Part shown: positions 37,086 to 46,030 of the stretch, in pieces
Numbering within the stretch: the first letter of the stretch is position 1
Layout: each line of letters opens with the position of its first letter
DNA from: Minisyncoccota bacterium
GTDB taxonomy: Bacteria; Patescibacteriota; Minisyncoccia; 2-02-FULL-40-12; GWA2-44-9
Assembly: GCA_035583445.1 (NCBI GenBank)
Contig: DATEYD010000041.1
Span: 1 to 58,953 of the forward strand
Reading direction: 5' to 3'
DNA length: 58,953 nt
Notes under the pieces: generated by a model
Told to the model about the DNA's origin: nothing
Databases searched by the model: none
The model's input: only the letters and a program-made list of their open reading frames with translations
Position numbers and translations under genes: made by a program

Positions 37086-39206
37086 ATGCGATTCCGTATG
37101 CCCACGCGCGTACGAGTCCGTCTTCCCCGCCGCGGTCGCACCCCGTGGCGTTCTTGGGTTCGCTCGGTCCTCGGTCTTGGGCTCTGGGTCGCCGTGATCG
37201 GCGTCATCGGTGTCTCCCTCTTCATCCTCGACGCCCGTCGTTCCCTGCCCGACCCCGATTCCATCGTGTCTCGACAGGTCAAGGAATCGACCAAGATCTA
37301 TGATTATACCGGAGAGGTTGTGTTGTATGACATCTACGACGAGGAACGGCGCACCGTCGTCCCGCTCGATCGGATCAGTGAGAACCTCCGCGAGGCGACG
37401 GTTGCCGTTGAGGATGCGCGGTTCTATGAGCACCGCGGGTTCGATTGGAAGGGGTTCATCCGTTCGATCGTCACAAACCTGAAGCAGGGATACGGCGCGG
37501 GAGGAGGGTCAACCATCACCCAGCAACTCGTGGGAAACGCCCTGGTGGGCCGCCAGAAGACACTGAAGCGGAAGGTACAAGAGCTTATCCTTGCCCTCGA
37601 GGTGGAGCGACGTTTCTCGAAGAATGCCATCCTTGAGATGTATCTCAACCAGATTCCATACGGATCCAACGCCTATGGCGCCGAGGCGGCCGCGCAGACG
37701 TTCTTCGACGTCCCCGCGGCAGACCTCTCTATTGCCCGGGCAGCGCTGTTGGCAGCGCTCCCCCAACGTCCGTCATACCTCTCTCCGTACGGGTCGCACG
37801 TCGACGAACTCTTGGCGCGCAAAGACTTCATCCTGACCCGGATGAATGAGCTTGGGCTGATCACTCAGTCGGAATACGAGAACGCGCGCATCGAAGAAGT
37901 GGTGTTTGCACAAGGATCAGTCGATATCACCCCCCAGCATTTCGTTGAGATGGTCCGTGAATACCTGACAGAAAAGTACGGAGAGGACCTTGTGCAGAGT
38001 AGTGGGTACAAGATCATCACCACCCTCGATGCGGACCTCCAACAGAAGGCTGAAGAATTAGTCACGCATTACGCAGAGATTAATACGGAGAAATACAAAG
38101 CGACCAACGCTGCGCTCGTTGCGACTGATCCGCGTACCGGCGAGGTGCGGGCGCTCGTCGGGTCCGCCGATTATTTCAATGTCGAGAATGAAGGCAACTT
38201 CAACGTGGCGACTGCACGGCGACAACCTGGTTCGGCTTTCAAGCCGTTCGCGTATGCTGCCGCCTTTGCGAAGGGATATCCCGACAGCACCATCCTCTGG
38301 GACGTGAAGACTGAGTTCAACCAGTATTGCCCCGCTGATGCGACCGCAACGAAGGATCGCTTCGGATTGGACTGCTACCACCCCCAGAACTACAACGGCG
38401 GGTATAGTGGTCCGGTCACGATGCGCCAATCGCTTTCCCGATCTCTGAATATCCCGTCCGTAAAAACCCTCTACCTTGCCGGTGTCGACAATGTGGTATC
38501 TCTGGCCACACGGATGGGTATCAGCACCCTAGGGAACAACACCTGGGGCCTCTCGCTTGTCTTGGGGGGCGCTGAAGTCCGGCTGGTTGATATGGTGTCT
38601 GCCTACGGTGTATTCGCTGCAGATGGTATACGGACCCCCTGGGGCCTTATTAAGCGCGTTGAGGGACCAGATGGGGGCATCCTCGAAGAGCGTAAGGTCA
38701 ACCCTGAGCGGGTACTAGAGGCACAAACCGTACGTCTTGTGACCGACATCCTCTCCGACAACAACGCCCGCACACCAGTCTTCGGCGTGAATAGCTCCCT
38801 TTACATACCCGGAAGGAGTGTTGCCGCAAAGACTGGTACTACCCAGGAGAACCGCGATGCGTGGGTGGTGGGCTATACCCCATCGTTGGTGGTTGGTGTA
38901 TGGGCTGGGAACAACCACAACCAATCCATGACCGCAGCCGGAGCTGGTATCAGCGCCGCTGGTCCTCTCTGGAACGCATTTATGCGTGCTGCGCTAAGTA
39001 ACACTCCCGTCGAAAGCTTCCCGAAACCCGACCCTGTTGTTGTAGGGAAGCCGATGCTGAATGGGATGTGGGCCTCGCCGGAGTATCCCCAACAACACAC
39101 CGTTCTGTTTTATGTCGATCGATCGAACCCGTTGGGACCGATCCCGACATCACCTGAAGCTGATCCCCAGTTCCAAAATTGGGAGTGGGCGGTGGGGAAT
39201 CGCTAA
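37086..39206 (+). CDS. class A penicillin-binding protein (glycosyltransferase GT51 plus transpeptidase)
   Basis: ATG at 37086 inside ORF 36852..39206. TM anchor. GT51 motifs AVEDARFYEHRGFD, GGSTITQQL, RKVQELILALEVE. TP motifs SAFKPF, SRSLN, KTGTT. Confidence 0.9.
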   Translation: MRFRMPTRVRVRLPRRGRTPWRSWVRSVLGLGLWVAVIGVIGVSLFILDARRSLPDPDSIVSRQVKESTKIYDYTGEVVLYDIYDEERRTVVPLDRISENLREATVAVEDARFYEHRGFDWKGFIRSIVTNLKQGYGAGGGSTITQQLVGNALVGRQKTLKRKVQELILALEVERRFSKNAILEMYLNQIPYGSNAYGAEAAAQTFFDVPAADLSIARAALLAALPQRPSYLSPYGSHVDELLARKDFILTRMNELGLITQSEYENARIEEVVFAQGSVDITPQHFVEMVREYLTEKYGEDLVQSSGYKIITTLDADLQQKAEELVTHYAEINTEKYKATNAALVATDPRTGEVRALVGSADYFNVENEGNFNVATARRQPGSAFKPFAYAAAFAKGYPDSTILWDVKTEFNQYCPADATATKDRFGLDCYHPQNYNGGYSGPVTMRQSLSRSLNIPSVKTLYLAGVDNVVSLATRMGISTLGNNTWGLSLVLGGAEVRLVDMVSAYGVFAADGIRTPWGLIKRVEGPDGGILEERKVNPERVLEAQTVRLVTDILSDNNARTPVFGVNSSLYIPGRSVAAKTGTTQENRDAWVVGYTPSLVVGVWAGNNHNQSMTAAGAGISAAGPLWNAFMRAALSNTPVESFPKPDPVVVGKPMLNGMWASPEYPQQHTVLFYVDRSNPLGPIPTSPEADPQFQNWEWAVGNR

Positions 39207-40291
39207 CCGCGCAGCGGCATGACGATGTAGACGAGTTTTAATCCGTCGTCGGGGCGAAGTACGAACGGGCTTCCCTTTCCGGTGAATTCCAATATCACCT
39301 TTTCGGTTGGGATGATTTTTAATCCGTCCAAAAGGTAGTGGTAGTTTAGGGAGATATCGAATGCGTCCCCCTTCAGGTTCGCCTCAAGATCTGCGACCCC
39401 CTCCCCCTTTGCTGAGTGCTTCCCGGAAACCGTCAATTCTTTTTCAGTGCATGCTAGTTTGACGTCTGAGATACTTGACGAGAACAGCGAGGCTATATGG
39501 ATAGCGTTGGCAAAATCTTCGCGGCGCACCAGGACTTTTGCGAGGGAACGATCCGGGACTACCTTCTGGTAGTCTGGGAATTTCCCGTCAATCAATCGGG
39601 ATATCACATCAAGCCCTTCGTGGGTAAATAAAATTTGGTTATCCGCGATCCTTGCGGTCACCTCGCCGCGCACACCACCAAAAACACGGATCAATTCCAT
39701 GATGGTGGTTCGGGGAATAATAACCACTCGGTCTCCTTTTTGTGGTTCTGGAATGACGTGTTCGACTAACCGAAAACTATCGGTCGCAGCAATGGTGATG
39801 CCTTGCTTGTTAAAACTCAATAAGGCTCCGGCCAATTCGGGTCGTGATTCGGATGTCGCAATCGAATCCATCGCGCTCACACAAAGTGTGTGTAGTTGTT
39901 CTATAGGAAACACATACTCAACCCCAGACGTGATGGATGGGATAATGGGGTATTCCGCCGGGTCAAAACAAAGGATGGTGGTCTTTGAAGATCCTGCCGA
40001 AGCCGATAATACATTCGCTGCAACCCTCAAGGTGACTGCGTCCGACCGGGAAGCGCGCACTAAGTCGGTTAAAAGCCGTGCAGGTACCGCGACCGAGCCC
40101 TCTTTAGTCACCTTGGCTCCAACCGCGACCGTAATACCCACCTCAAGATTTGTCGCGGACAGGTGGAGTTGCCCACCTGCGGCTCTCATGAGGATGTTCC
40201 CCAAAATAGGGAGTGTTGCGTTCTTGGCCGCAATTTTCTCGGTTGAGAGAAGTGCTCGTTGTAGGTTTTCCCGATGAATGACGACGTCCAT
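39203..40291 (-). CDS. dnaN: DNA polymerase III beta sliding clamp
   Basis: 362 aa. ...AAKNATLPILGNILMRAAGGQLHLSATNLEV... Immediately downstream of dnaA/oriC. Confidence 0.92.
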   Translation of the reverse strand: MDVVIHRENLQRALLSTEKIAAKNATLPILGNILMRAAGGQLHLSATNLEVGITVAVGAKVTKEGSVAVPARLLTDLVRASRSDAVTLRVAANVLSASAGSSKTTILCFDPAEYPIIPSITSGVEYVFPIEQLHTLCVSAMDSIATSESRPELAGALLSFNKQGITIAATDSFRLVEHVIPEPQKGDRVVIIPRTTIMELIRVFGGVRGEVTARIADNQILFTHEGLDVISRLIDGKFPDYQKVVPDRSLAKVLVRREDFANAIHIASLFSSSISDVKLACTEKELTVSGKHSAKGEGVADLEANLKGDAFDISLNYHYLLDGLKIIPTEKVILEFTGKGSPFVLRPDDGLKLVYIVMPLRG

Positions 40292-40506
40292 GGTTATAGT
40301 AATAATATTATTTTATAGAATATTACTCTTATTATTATGTCTGTGGATTTGTGGATGGATACCCGAAATACTACGCCCTACCTGAAGAATGAGTGATTTT
40401 CGTTTTCGCATGTCTTGTGGATAGATTGGTGGTTGGTGTGGGTTATTTCTGTGATTTTTCTCGGATATCACAATAAATAGCTTTTCTTCCACACACGACA
40501 AACACG
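40292..40506. other. chromosomal replication origin (oriC) in the dnaA-dnaN spacer
   Basis: AT-rich unwinding-type stretch at 40293-40340. DnaA-box-like 9-mers TGTGGATTT (40342-50), TGTGGATGG (40350-58), TGTGGATAG (40416-24) and a weaker TCTTCCACA (40485-93). Confidence 0.75.
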
Positions 40507-41898
40507 TTATTCGAATGAATCATACACACGTTGCCGGATCATGGTGAGCTCGTTCTTGAGTGGCTCGTCGGCCTGTTCTTCTCTTTTAATCTTCTCGCAC
40601 GCATGGATCACAGTGGAGTGGTCGCGACCACCAAGTTTTTGGCCAATATCTGGGAAGGAAAGCTTAATTTCCTCACGAAGTAAATACATGGCGACTTGGC
40701 GTGGCTTTACCACTTCCTTCTTCCGGCTTCGCTTGGTGAGGTCGGCTGGGGAAATATTATAGAAGTCCGCAACCGTCTTCAGAATTATCTGCGGTGACGT
40801 CTTTCGGTATGGGACGGCGAGGTATGCGTTGAGGATGTTTTTGGTCTCCTTAAGGTCGGGTACACGGTTGTAGATTTGAGAAAGCGCGATAACCCGGTTG
40901 AGGGCCCCCTCGAGTTCTCGGATGTTCTTTTGTATGTGGGTGCCGATATACGAAAGCACCTCATCAGAGAAGACAACGCCTTTTTCTGCGGATTTAGCCT
41001 TTAGGATAGCGACCCGTGTTTCGAAATCCGGAGCGTTGATGTCCGCGAGCATTCCCCCAACCAAGCGTGACAAGAGGCGTTCTTCGATTGCTGGAATTGC
41101 TGTGGGTGGACGGTCGGATGTCATCACGACCTGGCGATTCTTGTTGTGGATTTCATTAAAGATGGTGAACACGATTTCCTGCATCTTCTCTTTTCCTGCG
41201 ATGAATTGGATGTCATCAATAATAAGAAGGTCGAGACCCGAGTAAAGGTTCTTGAGGTCTTCGATGGTGCGGTTGCGGATTCCCTCGACAATCGCCGATA
41301 CCATCTTTTCGCCTGATGCGTACAACACCTTCCGCTCAGGAGCCTTTTCAAGCACCGCGTTGCCGATTGACTGCACGAGGTGGGTCTTCCCTAACCCCAC
41401 CCCACCATAAATGAAAAGCGGGTTATACGGCTTCGGGAGGTTCCCGACGATGCACTGGGAAACGCTTTGCGCACACGCGAACGCCAATTCATTTGCCGAC
41501 CCCACGATAAAGGAGTTGAATGAATACTTTTTGTTAAGTGATGTCGTCTTATCGATCTCCTGGTTCTGCTCCCCGCTCGTCTGCTCCTGGAGGTCTCGAT
41601 CGACGATCATCTTCGAGAAGTCTTGGCGGATCGGTTCCGGCTTCGGCTGCCCGATAATATAGCGAACCTCACGGATCTCATTGGAGAGTTTCCGGATCGA
41701 GTAGATGATTTGCTTGTTAAACTTATTCTCGAGCCACTCCTTCACAAACCCATTCGGCACACTGACCGTGACCGAATTCTGATCCCGAGAAACGATCGAT
41801 GTATTCTTAAACCAGGTTGTGAAGTGCGCTTTTGAAAGCGAAAGCTCCATATCACAGAGCACCGCCTTCCAGATTTCTTCGGGTGTTGCCGGGAGCAT
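40507..41898 (-). CDS. dnaA: chromosomal replication initiator protein DnaA
   Basis: 463 aa. Walker [11 protein letters not shown], Walker [11 protein letters not shown]-terminal DNA-binding ...[11 protein letters not shown]. Confidence 0.96.
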   Translation of the reverse strand: MLPATPEEIWKAVLCDMELSLSKAHFTTWFKNTSIVSRDQNSVTVSVPNGFVKEWLENKFNKQIIYSIRKLSNEIREVRYIIGQPKPEPIRQDFSKMIVDRDLQEQTSGEQNQEIDKTTSLNKKYSFNSFIVGSANELAFACAQSVSQCIVGNLPKPYNPLFIYGGVGLGKTHLVQSIGNAVLEKAPERKVLYASGEKMVSAIVEGIRNRTIEDLKNLYSGLDLLIIDDIQFIAGKEKMQEIVFTIFNEIHNKNRQVVMTSDRPPTAIPAIEERLLSRLVGGMLADINAPDFETRVAILKAKSAEKGVVFSDEVLSYIGTHIQKNIRELEGALNRVIALSQIYNRVPDLKETKNILNAYLAVPYRKTSPQIILKTVADFYNISPADLTKRSRKKEVVKPRQVAMYLLREEIKLSFPDIGQKLGGRDHSTVIHACEKIKREEQADEPLKNELTMIRQRVYDSFE

Positions 41899-42061
41899 GT
41901 GTGCGCGTAAACGGATGAATCGTGTCGCAAGTATATCCTACACCCCCACCCCCTCAAGCGCCGTTCAACACCCGATTCGTTGATAGGATGTGTATAACAG
42001 GTGGAAAAAGTGGCGTAAATATTGACGCGTAGAAGAAAGCGTAGTAAGCTGTTCCGGCACC

Positions 42062-42199
42062 ATGAAGATTACACGCTACCGACCAAAGAAGACGAAGCGA
42101 CAGCGGAAGCACGGCTTTCTGAGCCGAATGCAAAGCAAAACCGGACGAAACGTGCTCGCCCGGCGCCGCGCAAAAGGCCGAAAGCGGCTGACGATCTAG
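42062..42199 (+). CDS. rpmH: 50S ribosomal protein L34
   Basis: My own translation: [45 protein letters not shown] (45 aa). Below the ORF-track cutoff. Classic position upstream of rnpA. Confidence 0.9.
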   Translation: MKITRYRPKKTKRQRKHGFLSRMQSKTGRNVLARRRAKGRKRLTI

Positions 42200-42236
42200 C
42201 CAGAATCGCCCGCCGGGCGATTTTGGTATTTGTATC

Positions 42237-42563
42237 ATGACTACACCACACAATGACCCGAAGCGGGAGACCAGAGCAAACCGCCCGGCCGCCTCTTTCC
42301 CATTCTTCACCCTCAGAGTTCTTAAAGGTAAGGGGCGACCGACTATTCAGGTTGCGGTTCCTGTCCGGATCGAAGCTCGGGCTACGGGACGCAATCGAAT
42401 CAAGCGGCAAGTCGCCGAAGCGCTCCGGGTGATCATGACGGAACACCACATCCATTCGCATGTCGCCGTGCTGGTCCGTCGTGCCGACATTCCTCGTGGC
42501 CAGGTGCTTCGCAGCGCTATTTTTGAGCTCTTCAAAGAATCGGGTATGATAGAACAACGATGA
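42237..42563 (+). CDS. rnpA: ribonuclease P protein component
   Basis: 108-aa basic ORF with RNR motif (ATGRNRIKRQV). Lies between rpmH and yidD. Confidence 0.85.
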   Translation: MTTPHNDPKRETRANRPAASFPFFTLRVLKGKGRPTIQVAVPVRIEARATGRNRIKRQVAEALRVIMTEHHIHSHVAVLVRRADIPRGQVLRSAIFELFKESGMIEQR

Positions 42564-42781
42564 AACGGATCATCCTCGCGTGTATCTCGTGGTATCAGGC
42601 GTACGGAACTCCGGCACTCTCGTCGCTCCTTCCGTTTGGGATGATCTCCGGTTGCCGCCAAGTCCCCACCTGCTCCGTGTACGCACGACAGGAAATCGAA
42701 ACGAACGGAGTTTTCCGGGGCGGCCTCCGCGCATGTATTCGCGTTCTTCGATGTAACCCCCTTTTCTCACGTGTTCACTGA
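42560..42781 (+). CDS. yidD: membrane protein insertion efficiency factor YidD
   Basis: 73 aa. ISWYQ...GCRQVPTCSVYA. Confidence 0.88.
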   Translation: MKRIILACISWYQAYGTPALSSLLPFGMISGCRQVPTCSVYARQEIETNGVFRGGLRACIRVLRCNPLFSRVH

Positions 42782-43442
42782 AATCATCATCCGCCCCCTT
42801 CTGAACCTCACCGTCTCGATCTACGGGACGATTGGATTCGCCGATTTCGGGCTGACGGTCGTCCTTGTGACCTTGGTCGTGCGGCTTGCTGTCCTCCCCT
42901 TCTCACTGAAGACGGCGCGGTCGCAGCGCGAGATGGCGAAGCTCACTCCACAACTCGAGCAGATCAAAATACAGCATAAAGGGAACATGCAAGCGCAGTC
43001 GGAGGCGACTATGCGCCTATACAAGGAGCACGGAGTCAACCCGCTGGCCGGCTGTCTCCCGCTCCTCATCCAGCTTCCGATCCTGTTCGGGATGTACCGT
43101 GTGTTCCTCGATATCTTCAAACCAGAAACGCTCAACCTTCTCTACGGCTTTGTGCCGAATCCTGGGACGATCAATCAGATCGCGTTCGGAGTCCTCGATA
43201 TCAGCACCGCGAGCCCCGTTCTGGCAGTGCTCGCGGGTGCCATCCAATTCATCCAAGCCCGTATGACACAGCAAATGGCGGGCAGCAAGTCACCGACGGC
43301 TTCGATGAATAAGCAGATGATGTACCTCTTGCCGGCGATGATTGTGGTGATCGGATGGTCCCTGCCCGCAGGGCTTCCGTTATACTGGATTGTGACCACA
43401 TTAGTATCGATCGGAGAGCAGTTGCATGTCCGACGCTCCTGA
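42771..43442 (+). CDS. yidC: membrane protein insertase YidC (short Oxa1-type form)
   Basis: GTG start. 223 aa. ...VRLAVLPFSLK...MRLYKEHGVNPLAGCLPLLIQLPILFGMY. Confidence 0.9.
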   Translation: MFTEIIIRPLLNLTVSIYGTIGFADFGLTVVLVTLVVRLAVLPFSLKTARSQREMAKLTPQLEQIKIQHKGNMQAQSEATMRLYKEHGVNPLAGCLPLLIQLPILFGMYRVFLDIFKPETLNLLYGFVPNPGTINQIAFGVLDISTASPVLAVLAGAIQFIQARMTQQMAGSKSPTASMNKQMMYLLPAMIVVIGWSLPAGLPLYWIVTTLVSIGEQLHVRRS

Positions 43443-43918
43443 TGCATACTGGCGCCATGCAAACCCCGGAACAGAGCCTCGATACCGTCGTCCGAACCCT
43501 CCTAGGGTTCTTTGCTATCCCCTACGACGATGTAGTTGTTCATGCCGCGGAGCCCGGAGGCCGATTGACGGTGTCCCTGACCGCACCCGAAGGGAATGTG
43601 CTCATCGGCAAAGGCGGCCAGAACCTCAAAGCGCTCGAACACGTCGTTCGGATGATGATGGCTCGCCAGCACCCCGAACAAGCGCGCGGGCTCATCGTCG
43701 ATATTAACGATTACCGTCAGGAGATGGCCACGGAACTCGCAACAAGCACGCGCGTGATTGCGGAACGAGTGCGTCAGACGCGCCAACCCGAGGCATTACG
43801 TCCGATGACCGCGTACGAACGGCGGATCGTGCACACTGAATTGGCATCCTTTTCTGATTTGACCAGCGAGAGCGTCGGACAAGACCCGCATCGGCGGGTT
43901 GTGATCCGGCCCCTCTAG
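43442..43918 (+). CDS. jag: Jag/KhpB-like RNA-binding protein (KH plus R3H)
   Basis: ATG overlaps the yidC stop (TGATG). ATG at 43457 is an alternative. LIGKGGQNLKALEHV (KH) and AYERRIVHTEL (R3H). Confidence 0.8.
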   Translation: MHTGAMQTPEQSLDTVVRTLLGFFAIPYDDVVVHAAEPGGRLTVSLTAPEGNVLIGKGGQNLKALEHVVRMMMARQHPEQARGLIVDINDYRQEMATELATSTRVIAERVRQTRQPEALRPMTAYERRIVHTELASFSDLTSESVGQDPHRRVVIRPL

Positions 43919-45045
43919 AAGCTCACCATATGGACGCGGCGATCGAAGAGATCGATGAACGCCGCACGAGTGCCGGACGAGGAGATGACCGGGGAATACA
44001 CACCAACCCGGTCTTCGTGAGTTGGAATAGTATCAATCAGAACACCCGATCCCGCATCAATACTCGCGAGGGTGTCATTTGTGGCCGCAAGGGCAGATCC
44101 CTGACTCACGGAGGCGTCCTGCGGAATGCCACACACTAACGATGCACCATCAGGCGCCCATGCGCACTTGCGGGCGCTCGTCTGTTCGCTCATGGTCCGC
44201 TGCAACAAGGTCGACGGATCCAGCACGGCAACGACCCGCTTGGCGGATTGATCGAAGTACGTGGCAAGGACGGATCCCTGCCGAGAGATGGTGAATTCGA
44301 GATTTTGCTTATTCGAAAGTAAGGTGGCGATATCCCCATCGAGCGATACCACAACAAGATCGGTTGATGAGGTGCCCGTCCTCCAGACCGTGAGTATGAT
44401 CGCCTGCTCCCCTTTCCATGCCATGTCCGTGACGCCAAGACGGGTCCGGAGGATCGTCCGCTCGTCCGATCCGTCGACATCCGCAACTCGTAGGACTGTG
44501 CCGGAATCAGTTCCTGGTCCGATGTATGCGATCCGCGAACCGTTAGAAGAAACCGCCAGATGATCGGCGTTCTCGAGGGTATGCCCGCTCCCCGTCCGAT
44601 AGTCGTAGAGCTGGTAGCGTCGGCCAGAGCGTGCATCCTCGATGATCAGGAATGCCTGTTCAGCGCCAGGAACCCAGATGCCATCGGTGAATCCAGGCAC
44701 CGCGATGTCGGATATAGTCCGAATGACCCCCGTCCGAAGATCCCCCTCGTACGCGCGGCCGGATTGCACGTCGAACCAGCGCACCGAGTCGCGGCTGAGC
44801 CCGGGTGCGAGGCCGGTAGCGGCGGTGTCGGAGAGAAGCGTGTCAACGACGCGTGGAGCATCACGTGGTTCGGGCGTGGAAGAACCATCGACGTGCTCGG
44901 CGATGGTGGCGGTTCCGCCATTCCCCAAGAATGCTCCCACAATAACAGCGAGCGCGACGAACGGAATGACGAGGAGTAGAAGAAACGTTGAGCGCCGCAA
45001 GCTCGAGCGTTGGGAAAGGAGGTTCGGTTGTTGTCCGAGAAACAT
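43915..45045 (-). CDS. membrane-anchored beta-propeller-like (TolB/WD40-like) protein, unknown function. Last gene of the T4SS-like operon.
   Basis: 376 aa. N-terminal TM FLLLLVIPFVALAVIVGAF. Repetitive beta-strand-rich sequence with recurring ..DG/SG.R.A... blades. Confidence 0.5.
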   Translation of the reverse strand: MFLGQQPNLLSQRSSLRRSTFLLLLVIPFVALAVIVGAFLGNGGTATIAEHVDGSSTPEPRDAPRVVDTLLSDTAATGLAPGLSRDSVRWFDVQSGRAYEGDLRTGVIRTISDIAVPGFTDGIWVPGAEQAFLIIEDARSGRRYQLYDYRTGSGHTLENADHLAVSSNGSRIAYIGPGTDSGTVLRVADVDGSDERTILRTRLGVTDMAWKGEQAIILTVWRTGTSSTDLVVVSLDGDIATLLSNKQNLEFTISRQGSVLATYFDQSAKRVVAVLDPSTLLQRTMSEQTSARKCAWAPDGASLVCGIPQDASVSQGSALAATNDTLASIDAGSGVLIDTIPTHEDRVGVYSPVISSSGTRAAFIDLFDRRVHMVSF

Positions 45046-45047
45046 GG

Positions 45048-46028
45048 CTAGGTGGCGAACGCGATGTCTTGGGTCGTCGACATGATGGCGATCTCTTCTT
45101 GGGTGTTTTGCAGAATCTCCTCCTCGCGCTGGCGAGACAGAATGTCGACCTCGTAGTCTTCGACGATCGCGTAGCTCTCCTCGGCCTTCTGGAGTAGGTA
45201 TTGCACTTCGAAACGCTGGTAGCGAGCGAGCGCGTCCACGACTGGGTCATAGCCGGCAAACGCGAGGCGGGCGTTCCGATGCGCCGTGTATTGCTTGAGC
45301 ACAACCCGAACGACCTGACCAAGATACATAGGAAGGGCGTCAATGACCGGGACGAGCTCAGCGATCTGTACGGCAACCGTTTCCGCGATGAATGTGCGGA
45401 TATAGGCTTTATACCGATAGGCAACTGTATTCGGAATCGGTTCGACTTTTGGAGCGCCTGGGTCGCGCAGTGCCGGTCCCAGCCGTTCTAGGAGCGCCCG
45501 ATATTCCTTCTCGTACCTCTCCCGTGCTTTGTGAATGGCCTCGACGCCTCGATTGATGCGATCGATTCGCCGTGCGATGAACACGCAGATGAGCGGGATC
45601 GCCCAGGAGATGAGCCAGCCGGCGTCAACGATACTGAGGAGATCCGCGAACCCTGCAATCAGCAGGGCTCCCAGGAAAAGGAACAGCGAGGTTCGTCGCG
45701 TTTGACGGTGAAGATTGCGTCGCTCTTCTTCCCGTTCACGCGACTGCCGAAGATATATCTGGTTCGCCTTCTGGTACCGACGGTATGCAACGACGGTATC
45801 CTGCCGCGCCTCCTCGTAGGTCAGGGCCTCGCGCTGTCGTGGTTGCGCCTGTGCTCGCCGGCTCCGTGGTTGTTGAACAAGGGGTGCTGCGGTTGTCAGT
45901 ACAGGTACCCGAGGTGCCGTCGGAGACGGTGCGGGTTGTGCGACCGATACCGAAGGCGCGACATCCCGAAGCGCGGGCGAAGGCTCGCGTGGTGCCGCTT
46001 GAGGGTTTGCTTGGGGTGCGTCTGCCAT
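45048..46028 (-). CDS. hypothetical two-TM protein with a Pro/Ala-rich N-terminal region (T4SS-like operon)
   Basis: Met at 46028 lies 2 nt after the VirB4 stop (the ORF opens at 46058). TMs LFLFLGALLIAGFADLLSIV and LISWAIPLICVFIA. Confidence 0.5.
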   Translation of the reverse strand: MADAPQANPQAAPREPSPALRDVAPSVSVAQPAPSPTAPRVPVLTTAAPLVQQPRSRRAQAQPRQREALTYEEARQDTVVAYRRYQKANQIYLRQSREREEERRNLHRQTRRTSLFLFLGALLIAGFADLLSIVDAGWLISWAIPLICVFIARRIDRINRGVEAIHKARERYEKEYRALLERLGPALRDPGAPKVEPIPNTVAYRYKAYIRTFIAETVAVQIAELVPVIDALPMYLGQVVRVVLKQYTAHRNARLAFAGYDPVVDALARYQRFEVQYLLQKAEESYAIVEDYEVDILSRQREEEILQNTQEEIAIMSTTQDIAFAT

Positions 46029-46030
46029 GG

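Noticed and set aside
36852-37433. N-terminal extensions of the PBP ORF (36852-37085) and the TyrRS ORF (37017-37433)
   Set aside because: The two extensions overlap each other on opposite strands and contain no conserved sequence. The conserved proteins begin at the internal Met codons 37086 and 37016.
42022-42240. 72-aa plus-strand ORF from the track
   Set aside because: A different frame over the same DNA (42062-42199) encodes a textbook ribosomal protein L34.
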